A DNA stretch of 32,000 nt from Geotalea uraniireducens Rf4 (GTDB lineage Bacteria > Desulfobacterota > Desulfuromonadia > Geobacterales > Geobacteraceae). This document shows, piece by piece, positions 1 to 8,289 of the stretch; position 1 is the stretch's first letter, and the number at the start of each line of letters is the position of its first letter. The stretch is from NCBI RefSeq assembly GCF_000016745.1, contig NC_009483.1:990001-1022000 (forward strand), in the 5' to 3' direction. Below the pieces are notes generated by a model that worked only from the letters and a program-made list of their open reading frames with translations, did not search any database and was not told the origin of the DNA. The translations under genes were made by a program, and so were the position numbers.

Positions 1-1
1 A

Positions 2-586
2 ATGCCTACCAAGAGCGCCATTGCCGGTATGTGCTGCGCCGCGCTCGGTTTTCTGCGTGGTTGTGACAAGGAACAGGAGTTCTTGGTTGCGTTCGGTGCT
101 GTGCGAATGACCGCCATTGCCATTCCTCGCAATGGTGCAAAAAAGGAACTGCCGGTTCGACGGTTGCAGGATTATCACACAGTTCAGAATACGAGACGGG
201 CGAGCGGTGCGATTAACAACGATTGCGTACTGACTCACAGGCAATACCTGACTGATGCTGCTTTCGGCGTGCTACTGGAAGGCGATTCAACACTGCTCAA
301 GCAGATTGCAGCTGCTTTGGAAAATCCGGTCTGGGGAGTCTGGCTCGGACGTAAGACCTGCATCCCCACTGCACCGGTTTTGGCCGGTTTACGGGAAAAT
401 CGAGATGAAGCGTTGAAGCTGCTTCTCAAAGATAAACCGCTTGAATCGTTTGCCAGGCAGGAAGATGTGGAGAGCTTTGCCGATGGCCGAGACAGCCTTC
501 CTGATATGCCAGTGTCGTTTGCAACAGAGCGACGGATATTTTCACCAAGAAGGGTTCGAACGCTACAAGGAACAGATCGACCCTGA
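2..586 (+). CDS. cas5e: Cas5e (CasD) Cascade subunit, 5' end cut by the window edge
   Basis: The translated ORF carries CasD-like motifs (PTKS..G....ALG, LQDYHTV, RQYLTDA, LGRKTC). It lies upstream of cas1e/cas2e and a I-E type array. Confidence 0.8.
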   Translation: MPTKSAIAGMCCAALGFLRGCDKEQEFLVAFGAVRMTAIAIPRNGAKKELPVRRLQDYHTVQNTRRASGAINNDCVLTHRQYLTDAAFGVLLEGDSTLLKQIAAALENPVWGVWLGRKTCIPTAPVLAGLRENRDEALKLLLKDKPLESFARQEDVESFADGRDSLPDMPVSFATERRIFSPRRVRTLQGTDRP

Positions 587-640
587 TGCGCCAAAGGCTT
601 CGGCTGCGGCCTCATGCTGGTGCGGCGGGTGTAAAATCAG

Positions 641-718
641 AAACGGGCGGGGAGACCCCGCCCCTACAATGGACGTGGAAAGCGGGCGGCCATTTGGGGC
701 CGCCCCTATGGAATCGGG
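641..718. repeat. Two tandem ~38-bp units, each with a GC-rich hairpin (GGGCGGGG-aga-CCCCGCCC and GGGCGGCC-n6-GGCCGCCC) followed by CTA(C)(A)ATGGA
   Basis: Direct reading. Stems at 645-663 and 684-705. Located between the convergent cas5e and mazF-like genes, so a likely bidirectional terminator or REP-like pair. Confidence 0.6.
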
Positions 719-751
719 CACGAAACAGAAGCGAACCTTGTTCGCCTCTGT

Positions 752-1096
752 TCACAACAACCCAAGTACCCCTTTGAGGCTGTGCTCCACCGCCGCCATC
801 TCTTCCGTGGTGAGGCTGGTCAGGGGGCCGTCCCCGAAGCGGTCTTTGTCGAGGGCGCGGGGTTGATCAACGACCACCTGGCATGGTTTGAGAAGCCGGT
901 CGCGTGGCTCGACCATGATGCGCCATCGTTTGAAGGAGGGATAGACCTGTGTGGTAAGTGGCAGGATAACGACCATCGGTGTGCCGCTTGCCGTGAGGGC
1001 GTTGTCCTGGATAACCAGAACCGGCCGGATCTTGCCAATTTCCCGCCCTCGGCCAGGATTGAGGTTGGCGGCCCAAATCTCGCCGCGGCGCATCAT
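752..1096 (-). CDS. MazF/PemK-family type II toxin (endoribonuclease)
   Basis: RGEIW..NLNP..G.E..K.RP.LVIQ motif pattern typical of PemK/MazF. The ATG at 1096 overlaps the upstream antitoxin stop as ATGA. An alternative GTG start lies at 1105. Confidence 0.8.
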   Translation of the reverse strand: MMRRGEIWAANLNPGRGREIGKIRPVLVIQDNALTASGTPMVVILPLTTQVYPSFKRWRIMVEPRDRLLKPCQVVVDQPRALDKDRFGDGPLTSLTTEEMAAVEHSLKGVLGLL

Positions 1097-1410
1097 TTCC
1101 ACCACTTTTCGGCTGGCTGGGTGGCGCGGGAGCCGCCCGGTTTGCGACCCTCGGTGATATCCAGCGCTTCGTTGCTGGTGACCATGCCTTCTTCGGCTAT
1201 TTCAAGAGCCGTACGGCGGATGGACTCGTCAGCATAGGCGGTGTGTGCCTCGGCCACCAGTTCGGCCATGAATCGCTCCCGCTCGCGACGTGCAAGATAA
1301 TCAACGATAGCGATTCGTACCACCTCGGAGCGTGGCAGCTGTTCAAGGCGGGCCTCGTCTTCCAAACGGTGATCCAGGTCTTCCGGCAGTCGCAGGCTTA
1401 GCGCGGGCAT
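1093..1410 (-). CDS. Ribbon-helix-helix (CopG-like) antitoxin
   Basis: The N-terminus MPALSLRLPEDLDHRLEDEA....RSEVVRIAI is RHH-like. GGAGG lies 6 nt upstream of the ATG at 1410. 4-nt overlap with the toxin gene. Confidence 0.75.
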   Translation of the reverse strand: MPALSLRLPEDLDHRLEDEARLEQLPRSEVVRIAIVDYLARRERERFMAELVAEAHTAYADESIRRTALEIAEEGMVTSNEALDITEGRKPGGSRATQPAEKWWK

Positions 1411-1479
1411 AATTGGCCTCCATGTATTGCATAATGTTATACGAAATGTATCGCAATCTGTCGGATTCGTCAATATTTT

Positions 1480-1551
1480 ATGAGTTTTATGAGTTTTATG
1501 AGTTTTATGGGTTACATGAGTTACATGAGTTACATGAGTTACATGAGTTTT
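1480..1551 (+). repeat. Tandem nonamer array, 8 units (ATGAGTTTT x3, ATGGGTTAC, ATGAGTTAC x3, ATGAGTTTT)
   Basis: Counted directly with strict 9-bp period. Ends 14 bp upstream of the ATG at 1566. Confidence 0.95.
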
Positions 1552-1565
1552 ATGGGGGGCGTAGA

Positions 1566-1934
1566 ATGTCTAAAATTGAGCGATTTGAGGAAATACAGGC
1601 TTGGCAGAAGGCGCGGTTGTTGGTCAAAGAGGTCTATTCCATCAGCAATACCGGCGGGTTTGTCAAGGATTTCGGTCTTCGTGATCAGATACGGCGAGCA
1701 GCGGTATCAATCATGCTCAATATCGCGGAAGGATTTGCCAGAAAGACGAACAAGGAATTCATTCAATACCTTGTCATTGCTCATGGATCAGCTGCTGAAG
1801 TGCAGGCAGCACTTTATGTTGCATTTGATCAGGAATATTTGAGCGAGGCGGAATTCGATAAGCTATACGGCTCGGCGGACAATACATCAAAAATGGTACT
1901 TGGATTCATCAACTACCTAAGAAAAGCGCAATAA
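1566..1934 (+). CDS. Four-helix-bundle protein (23S rRNA intervening-sequence protein family, Avd-like)
   Basis: 122-aa product with the family pattern F....AW.KA..L...VY........D..L..QI.RAA.SI..NIAEG......KEF..YL.IA.GS..E......A. The ATG at 1566 is chosen because upstream codons of the tracked ORF are just translated repeats. Confidence 0.8.
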   Translation: MSKIERFEEIQAWQKARLLVKEVYSISNTGGFVKDFGLRDQIRRAAVSIMLNIAEGFARKTNKEFIQYLVIAHGSAAEVQAALYVAFDQEYLSEAEFDKLYGSADNTSKMVLGFINYLRKAQ

Positions 1935-1936
1935 TT

Positions 1937-2062
1937 CATAGAACACAATGAACTCAACAAACTCATAGAACCTATAGAACCCATAGAACCCATAGAACCC
2001 ATAGAACCCATAGAACCCATAGAACCCATAGAACCCATAGAACCCATAGAACCCATAGAACC
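1937..2062 (+). repeat. Tandem nonamer array, 14 units (3 degenerate, then CATAGAACC, TATAGAACC, CATAGAACC x9)
   Basis: Counted directly. Starts 3 bp after the stop at 1934 and ends 12 bp before the cas1 ATG. The reverse complement reads ATGGGTTCT, the same family as 1480-1551 but inverted. Confidence 0.95.
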
Positions 2063-2074
2063 GGAGTCCAACCC

Positions 2075-2998
2075 ATGACCGAACCAATCCTCCCCCCATT
2101 GAAGCCGCTCCCCATCAAGGACCGCATCTCGGTCGTTTACGTGGAACGGGGCAACCTGGATGTCCTTGACGGCGCCTTTGTGGTCGTGGACAAGACCGGC
2201 GTCCGCACCCATATCCCCATCGGCGGGGTGGCCTGCCTGATGCTGGAGCCGGGGGCGCGGGTTTCCCACTCTGCCGTGGTGCTGGCGGCGCGGGTCGGGT
2301 GTCTGCTGGTCTGGATCGGCGAGGCCGGGGTGCGCATGTATGCCGCCGGTCAGCCGGGGGGTGCCCGGGCCGACCGGCTTTTGTACCAGGCAAAGCTGGC
2401 CCTGGACGATACATCGCGGCTGAAGGTGGTGCGCAAGATGTACGCGATCCGCTTCCAGGAGGAGCCGCCGGAGCGGCGCAGTGTGGACCAGTTGCGCGGT
2501 ATCGAGGGGGTGCGGGTACGGAAAATGTACGAGCTGCTGGCCCGGCAGCATGGGGTGGAGTGGCAGCGCCGCAATTATGATCACAGCGAATGGGGGAGCG
2601 GCGATGTGCCCAATCGCTGCCTTTCTTCGGCCACCGCCTGCCTGTACGGCATCTGTGAGGCGGCCATCCTGGCGGCAGGGTACGCCCCTGCGATCGGTTT
2701 CATCCACACCGGCAAGCCCCAGTCATTTGTCTACGACGTGGCCGATATTTTCAAATTCGAGACGGTGGTCCCGGTGGCGTTTCGTATCGCCGCCAGGCAG
2801 CCCCGCAACCCGGAACGCGAGGTGCGGCTGGCCTGCCGGGATGCCTTCCGTCAATCCAAGCTGCTGCAGCGGATCATTCCTACAATCGAGCAGGTGCTGG
2901 CGGCTGGCGGGCTGGAGGTGCCGAAGGCCCATGAAGAGGCGGTAGTGCCCGCCATTCCAAACAAGGAGGGCCTTGGTGATCCGGGGCAAAGAGTTTGA
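2075..2998 (+). CDS. cas1: Cas1e integrase
   Basis: 307-aa ORF with Cas1e-like N-terminus (PLKP.PIKDR.S..Y.E.G.L.V.DGAFV) and length. Context is cas5e upstream, cas2e and a I-E array downstream. Confidence 0.85.
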   Translation: MTEPILPPLKPLPIKDRISVVYVERGNLDVLDGAFVVVDKTGVRTHIPIGGVACLMLEPGARVSHSAVVLAARVGCLLVWIGEAGVRMYAAGQPGGARADRLLYQAKLALDDTSRLKVVRKMYAIRFQEEPPERRSVDQLRGIEGVRVRKMYELLARQHGVEWQRRNYDHSEWGSGDVPNRCLSSATACLYGICEAAILAAGYAPAIGFIHTGKPQSFVYDVADIFKFETVVPVAFRIAARQPRNPEREVRLACRDAFRQSKLLQRIIPTIEQVLAAGGLEVPKAHEEAVVPAIPNKEGLGDPGQRV

Positions 2999-3060
2999 GG
3001 GTTTGATGAGTTTGATGAGTTTGATGGGTTTGATGGGTTTGATGCAGTCAACTCATATAA
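2999..3060 (+). repeat. Left arm of a nonamer dyad (GGGTTTGAT / GAGTTTGAT x5, then GCAGTCAAC, TCATATAA)
   Basis: Counted directly. Read in phase, the units are ATGRGTTTG, the same family as 1480-1551. The arm is interrupted by the IS at 3061. Confidence 0.9.
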
Positions 3061-4616
3061 CTCAACTTTCGCAGCTGGTAAATATATGTAACATATTGTA
3101 ATTATTAATAGTATAGCGTCGCAATCTGGGTTAAAATGGCTTTGTTCCCCAACAAATCCACTAGCACAGAGAGACGACGCTATGCAGCAGATTGTAGCAG
3201 GATTTGCATCCGTAGAAAACCGGATTCATTCGTTCTTTCACAATCAGAACCTCGGCCAGTTACTTCGGCAAAGCAATGTCAGGAAGGAAAAGGGCGTTAG
3301 CCTCGACACCTTGTTCCAGCTTTTGCTTTCCCTTGCCTTTACCGGAAAAAATCTGTTCCGTCTCCTGGAGAGTCCAGATTCACCGGATGGTATCGGTAAA
3401 GACACTGCGTATCGGCTGTTGAACTCGGTCAATGCCAACTGGCGCCGTTTTCTGTTGCTGCTCAGCACGCGGGTCATTGTCCAAAGGCTTCTCCCGCTGA
3501 CCGATGAGACGACCACCAAGGTGCTGATCGCTGACGACACTCTGTATCGTCGCGACCGCAGCAAGCGGGTCGAACTGCTGGCACGGGTGCATGACCACAA
3601 CACCGGTCGTTACGTGCGTGGCTTCAGGATGCTCACCCTGGGGTGGTCCGATGGGAACAGCTTTGTACCCATGATGCTGTCGATGCTCAGCTCTGCCAAG
3701 GATAAGAACCGCCTTGCCCCAATGCGTGAGGGCATCGATAAGCGCACCAACGGATATCAGCGCCGCCGGGAGAGCATGAGGAAATCCACCGACGTACTGG
3801 TGGACATGGTTGCCTTGGCAATGAAGGCAGGAACCACTGCCCGGCACCTGCTCTTTGACAGCTGGTTTGCTTTCCCCGCCACCATCAGGCGGATCCGCGC
3901 CCTGGGGATGCATACCATCTGCATGCTCAAGGATACGGGTAAGGTCACCTACGAGGTGCAGGGGTGGCCGTTCACCCTGAAAGAACTATTCAAAGAGGTC
4001 CGCAAGCGACCCGGTCGAGCCAAAGTGTTGGCAGAGGTGCTGGTGACCATAGGTCAAGACATTCACGGTAAACCGGTGGCAGCAAAGATCGTGTTCGTCC
4101 GCGACCGCAGTTCGAAGAAATGGCTGGCGCTCCTTTCCACCGATACGACCTTGACCGCCGAGGAGATCATCACGCTCTACGGCCGTCGCTGGGACATCGA
4201 GGTGTTCTTCAAAATGGCCAAGTCGTTTCTGAATCTGGCAAAGGAGTTCCAGAGTCGTTCCTTCGATGCTCTGGTCGCCCACGCCACACTGGTCTGCTGC
4301 CGCTACATTCTGCTTGAGCTGGTGAAACGGGAAAATGCTGATCCTCGAACTCTTGGCAGCCTGTTTCACGCTCTATGCGATGAAATAAGACGAATTGGCT
4401 TCACAGAAGCAATGGCACTGTTGCTCACATTTCTGGAAGAATCACTCAACAGCATTATTGGATTGTGCAAAGAGCAGGTGCAACAACTGATACAACGCTT
4501 TATAGAAACACTACCAAGAGCTTTCAGGGAGCGAATGCTACTTTTGGCCCCGGTATGCAGCTAAACCATATATCTGTCAACTAGTTACGGCCAATCTCGC
4601 TAGTGCGAAAGTTGAG
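3061..4616 (+). mobile_element. IS4-family insertion sequence, 1556 bp
   Basis: 13-bp terminal inverted repeats: CTCAACTTTCGCA at 3061-3073 and TGCGAAAGTTGAG at 4604-4616. Flanked by the direct repeat TCATATAA at 3053-3060 and 4617-4624; boundaries are ambiguous by 1 bp (9-bp TSD TCATATAAC with 12-bp IR is also possible). Single transposase ORF inside. Confidence 0.85.
3182..4564 (+). CDS. IS4-family DDE transposase
   Basis: Candidate DDE residues (LIADDT, LLFDSWF) and the Y-(2)-R-(3)-E-(6)-K signature in YGRRWDIEVFFKMAK. Confidence 0.85.
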   Translation: MQQIVAGFASVENRIHSFFHNQNLGQLLRQSNVRKEKGVSLDTLFQLLLSLAFTGKNLFRLLESPDSPDGIGKDTAYRLLNSVNANWRRFLLLLSTRVIVQRLLPLTDETTTKVLIADDTLYRRDRSKRVELLARVHDHNTGRYVRGFRMLTLGWSDGNSFVPMMLSMLSSAKDKNRLAPMREGIDKRTNGYQRRRESMRKSTDVLVDMVALAMKAGTTARHLLFDSWFAFPATIRRIRALGMHTICMLKDTGKVTYEVQGWPFTLKELFKEVRKRPGRAKVLAEVLVTIGQDIHGKPVAAKIVFVRDRSSKKWLALLSTDTTLTAEEIITLYGRRWDIEVFFKMAKSFLNLAKEFQSRSFDALVAHATLVCCRYILLELVKRENADPRTLGSLFHALCDEIRRIGFTEAMALLLTFLEESLNSIIGLCKEQVQQLIQRFIETLPRAFRERMLLLAPVCS

Positions 4617-4978
<362 letters not shown>

Positions 4979-5046
4979 AGGGTGAAAAAATCGGTGGAAT
5001 TTATGCAGTTGAATTTGCTTAATGATTTTGAGGAAGTAGAGGAAGT
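4979..5046 (+). promoter_or_regulatory. CRISPR leader (short, AT-richer)
   Basis: 68-bp AT-rich segment between the cas2 stop and the first repeat. The degenerate repeat sits at the opposite end of the array, which places the leader here. Confidence 0.6.
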
Positions 5047-6844
5047 CTGTTCCCCGCACGAGCGGGGATGAACCGTTGTTTTAGCATGTGTAATCACCTT
5101 CTCGTCACTGTTCCCCGCACGAGCGGGGATGAACCGGTGCAAGTGGTGAAGAACATCTGGAAATGGAACTGTTCCCCGCACGAGCGGGGATGAACCGACC
5201 TGTGCGGGATGCAGTGGCCTGTGCCTTGTCTGTTCCCCGCACGAGCGGGGATGAACCGACGTTGGTCTTTGCAGTTCTTTCTGGCCAACACTGTTCCCCG
5301 CACGAGCGGGGATGAACCGGCCGGCCGTCTTCTGGGTGACGAGAAAATACTCTGTTCCCCGCACGAGCGGGGATGAACCGGCATGGAGTCGTTGCGGACA
5401 GCCGCCGACAGGCTGTTCCCCGCACGAGCGGGGATGAACCGGAATGCTATTTCTTTTTTTCCTTTCCGAGAAACTGTTCCCCGCACGAGCGGGGATGAAC
5501 CGATGATCTGTCTGATGCGGAAATCCCGCAGGAACTGTTCCCCGCACGAGCGGGGATGAACCGATTTAGTCTCTCCTGCAGCAAATGTCCCGGAGCTGTT
5601 CCCCGCACGAGCGGGGATGAACCGACGCGCCCGCCCGACATGACTGAGAAAAACGTCTGTTCCCCGCACGAGCGGGGATGAACCGAACGACCGCAATTTC
5701 CAAGTAGGGGATGAACTCTGTTCCCCGCACGAGCGGGGATGAACCGGTGGTTCGCCGGTTTAACAAGCGCTCGGACTCCTGTTCCCCGCACGAGCGGGGA
5801 TGAACCGCATGGAGCACAGCGAAGAAGCATTAATCGACACTGTTCCCCGCACGAGCGGGGATGAACCTCAGAATATGGAGATAGCCATGATGAGACAGAC
5901 CTGTTCCCCGCACGAGCGGGGATGAACCGCCACACATTGTTTTCGACATAGCGGGCATGAGCTGTTCCCCGCACGAGCGGGGATGAACCGAACCCGGTCG
6001 TCATGATAGGCATGGAGGACATCTGTTCCCCGCACGAGCGGGGATGAACCGGTTCCCCTGTGTCCCCAGGGTTTGCTTCATTGCTGTTCCCCGCACGAGC
6101 GGGGATGAACCGTTTGATTATATCTTGTTCTGCCATGCACTGATCTGTTCCCCGCACGAGCGGGGATGAACCAGGAGACAAACCATGAACGCAAAAAATC
6201 AAATCCTGTTCCCCGCACGAGCGGGGATGAACCGTGCGGTGTGTGGTGCCCGGTGGTCTGTCAATACTGTTCCCCGCACGAGCGGGGATGAACCGGGACC
6301 GCGGCGAGCCGATTACCCCGGATGAGCCTGTTCCCCGCACGAGCGGGGATGAACCGAGTCTGCGGCGGCGGATCGTGCTGTACGTGAACTGTTCCCCGCA
6401 CGAGCGGGGATGAACCGTCGGATCGCCGTACGCTCCGGTGCCGGTTAATCTGTTCCCCGCACGAGCGGGGATGAACCGGCTGACGGGCGGGGTTTCGTCC
6501 CCGTCCAGCCCTGTTCCCCGCACGAGCGGGGATGAACCGGGCGGGGTAATTGATTGGCAAGATGAAGAGCTCTGTTCCTCGCACGAGCGGGGATGAACCG
6601 AGTTCTCCTCCAGCGATTTGCTGGCGGAGGCACTGTTCCCCGCACGAGCGGGGATGAACCGTCTGCGGGGCTCTACCTTGGATATTTCCGTATCTGTTCC
6701 CCGCACGAGCGGGGATGAACCGCCGGGCGGGTGCGCTTTGTCGTTATAATGTTTCTGTTCCCCGCACGAGCGGGGATGAACCGCGCGCCCGCTGGCCGTG
6801 GAACGCGGATCGTTGCTGTTCCCCGCACGAGCGGGGATGAATCG
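5047..6844 (+). CRISPR. Type I-E CRISPR array, 30 repeats and 29 spacers
   Basis: 29-bp repeat CTGTTCCCCGCACGAGCGGGGATGAACCG, close to the E. coli I-E repeat and with the same CCCCGC/GCGGGG stem. Every repeat start checked by hand falls on an exact 61-bp period from 5047 to 6816. Variants: last base T (repeat at 5840), last base A (6145), C8T (6572), terminal repeat AATCG (6816). Confidence 0.97.
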
Positions 6845-7323
6845 GCGTTATCGGCTGGGGGGGCAACGTGCGCAGCGGCCTGCCGCAGATGCTCTCCCTC
6901 TATCCGCCGGCTGGCAGTGCGCCTCTACCCTCGGAAACTGCCACCATGTGGCAACTGCACGGGGTTGACTGCTCCGGCCTTTTATACGAGGTGACCGGCG
7001 GCTTCACCCCGCGCAACACCAGCGCCCTCATCGGTTACGGCAAGGGTGTCGAGATCGCCGGCTTGAGTCCGGAGCGGATCATCGAGCGGGTGGAGCCGCT
7101 CGACCTGATCGTCTGGCAGGGGCATGTGATCATCATCCTCGACCGGGAACGGACCATAGAGAGCCGTCTGGATTGCGGCGGTAAAAACGGCGGGGTGGTG
7201 GTCCGACCGCTTCAAGAGGCCCTGGCAGGGGTGATGACGGGGCGGATGGCGGTGGATGACTACGGGGATGCCGCGAAACTGGGAAAGAAGGGGTTCGTCA
7301 TCAGGCGCTGGTACGGCAGGTAA
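6841..7323 (+). pseudogene. NlpC/P60 (C40) peptidase remnant, N-terminally truncated at the array boundary
   Basis: Catalytic-looking GVDCSGLL and WQGHVIII motifs. The frame is open from the base after the last repeat (IGVIGWGGN...) with no credible N-terminus or signal peptide. Only a GTG at 6868 is available as a start. Confidence 0.55.
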
Positions 7324-7354
7324 GGGACGTTTTCACGGCGGTGCCTTTCGAGTA

Positions 7355-8152
7355 TCACCGCTGCCCGCGGCGTTTCAGCTCCTCTTCCACCGCAACCTTC
7401 TGTGTCTGGCTCAAGCGTTGTGAGGCGAGCAGGTTTCTGATTTCGGCTGTGTTGAGGGTGGGGAGGAAAAGGTTGTACCAGACGACCGGGGTCTTCTGAT
7501 TTCTGAGGAGGGCGGTGATGAGGTTCGGCCGCGTCTTCCAGCGCGGGTGACGGGCGATCAGGGAGATGGTTTCGGCGCTGGCCTTGGCGCTGCTTAGAAA
7601 CTGGAAGATGGCGGATTCCTTGATGCGAGGGTTGGTGAGGCAGGCATCGATGATCTGGGCGTCTCCTTCCCGAAGGAGCGCCTCGATTATGTTGGCGGTT
7701 CCCCGGCGTGCCAGGGTCAGCTTGTTGCCGAGGGGGGTGCCCGGGAGCCGCTGGATGACGGCCCGCTCGGCAGCCAGCTTCTGGTCCGGCGTCACGCCGG
7801 GAAGGTAGCAGATGGTTACCAGCTCGAACAGGTAGAGATGGGGGAGGAGCGCCAGGGTCACCTGGCCGGGGGTGTTGGGATTGCGAACCACCGCGACTTT
7901 GAGGTTGTGGCTCTCGCCGACTGCCGGCAGACTGAAGACGGCCTTGAGCAGCTCTTCGCTCAGATCGCGCCGCTCAAGAAGAGCGAGGAGGTGGGCCTCG
8001 TCGAGGGACGGGTTCTTCAGCGCGGCACGCAGCACCTCCATGGAAGGAGATTGCAGCACCTGGCGCAGTTCATTCTTGTCCGCTGTCAGAGCATGGTGCA
8101 GCTGATGTGACAAATTTGGGCCAAAAGTGGCAATTTTTGCGGAGTCTTCCAT
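7355..8152 (-). CDS. Conserved hypothetical alpha-helical repeat protein
   Basis: Long ORF with recurring L..NP....... helical repeat units. Start placed at the ATG 8152 (MEDSAKI), because upstream codons are translated heptamer repeats. Confidence 0.6.
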   Translation of the reverse strand: MEDSAKIATFGPNLSHQLHHALTADKNELRQVLQSPSMEVLRAALKNPSLDEAHLLALLERRDLSEELLKAVFSLPAVGESHNLKVAVVRNPNTPGQVTLALLPHLYLFELVTICYLPGVTPDQKLAAERAVIQRLPGTPLGNKLTLARRGTANIIEALLREGDAQIIDACLTNPRIKESAIFQFLSSAKASAETISLIARHPRWKTRPNLITALLRNQKTPVVWYNLFLPTLNTAEIRNLLASQRLSQTQKVAVEEELKRRGQR

Positions 8153-8171
8153 AACAACCTGTAATATTGAC

Positions 8172-8283
8172 CGCCGACCGCCGACTGCCGACTGCCGACC
8201 ATCGACTATCGACCATCGACTATCGACCATCGACTATCGACCATCGACTATCGACCATCGACTATCGACCATCGACTATCGAC
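8172..8283 (-). repeat. Tandem heptamer array, 16 units (CGCCGAC x2, TGCCGAC x2, then CATCGAC/TATCGAC alternating x6)
   Basis: Counted directly, 112 bp, strict 7-bp period. Lies between two co-directional minus-strand genes. In mRNA sense it reads GTCGATA/GTCGATG ... GTCGGCA, GTCGGCG. Confidence 0.95.
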
Positions 8284-8289
8284 CGGTTT

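Noticed and set aside
586-751. Search for a degraded cas6e remnant between cas5e and the mazF-like gene
   Set aside because: None of the frames shows Cas6e-like features such as the glycine-rich C-terminal loop. The segment is explained by two tandem hairpin units.
1413-1565. N-terminal extension of the four-helix-bundle ORF (FYEFYEFYEFYGLHELHEL...), plus ORFs 1480..1842 and 1917..2099 and the start of 1913..2707 (GSMGSMGSM...)
   Set aside because: These are translations of the nonamer arrays. Because the period is 9 bp every frame stays open. The family-typical protein begins at the ATG at 1566.
5076-6815. Possible self-targeting spacers against the IS, intron or RAYT element in this window
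   Set aside because: I found no match by eye between the 29 spacers and the rest of the window. An exhaustive alignment is needed, so no claim is made.
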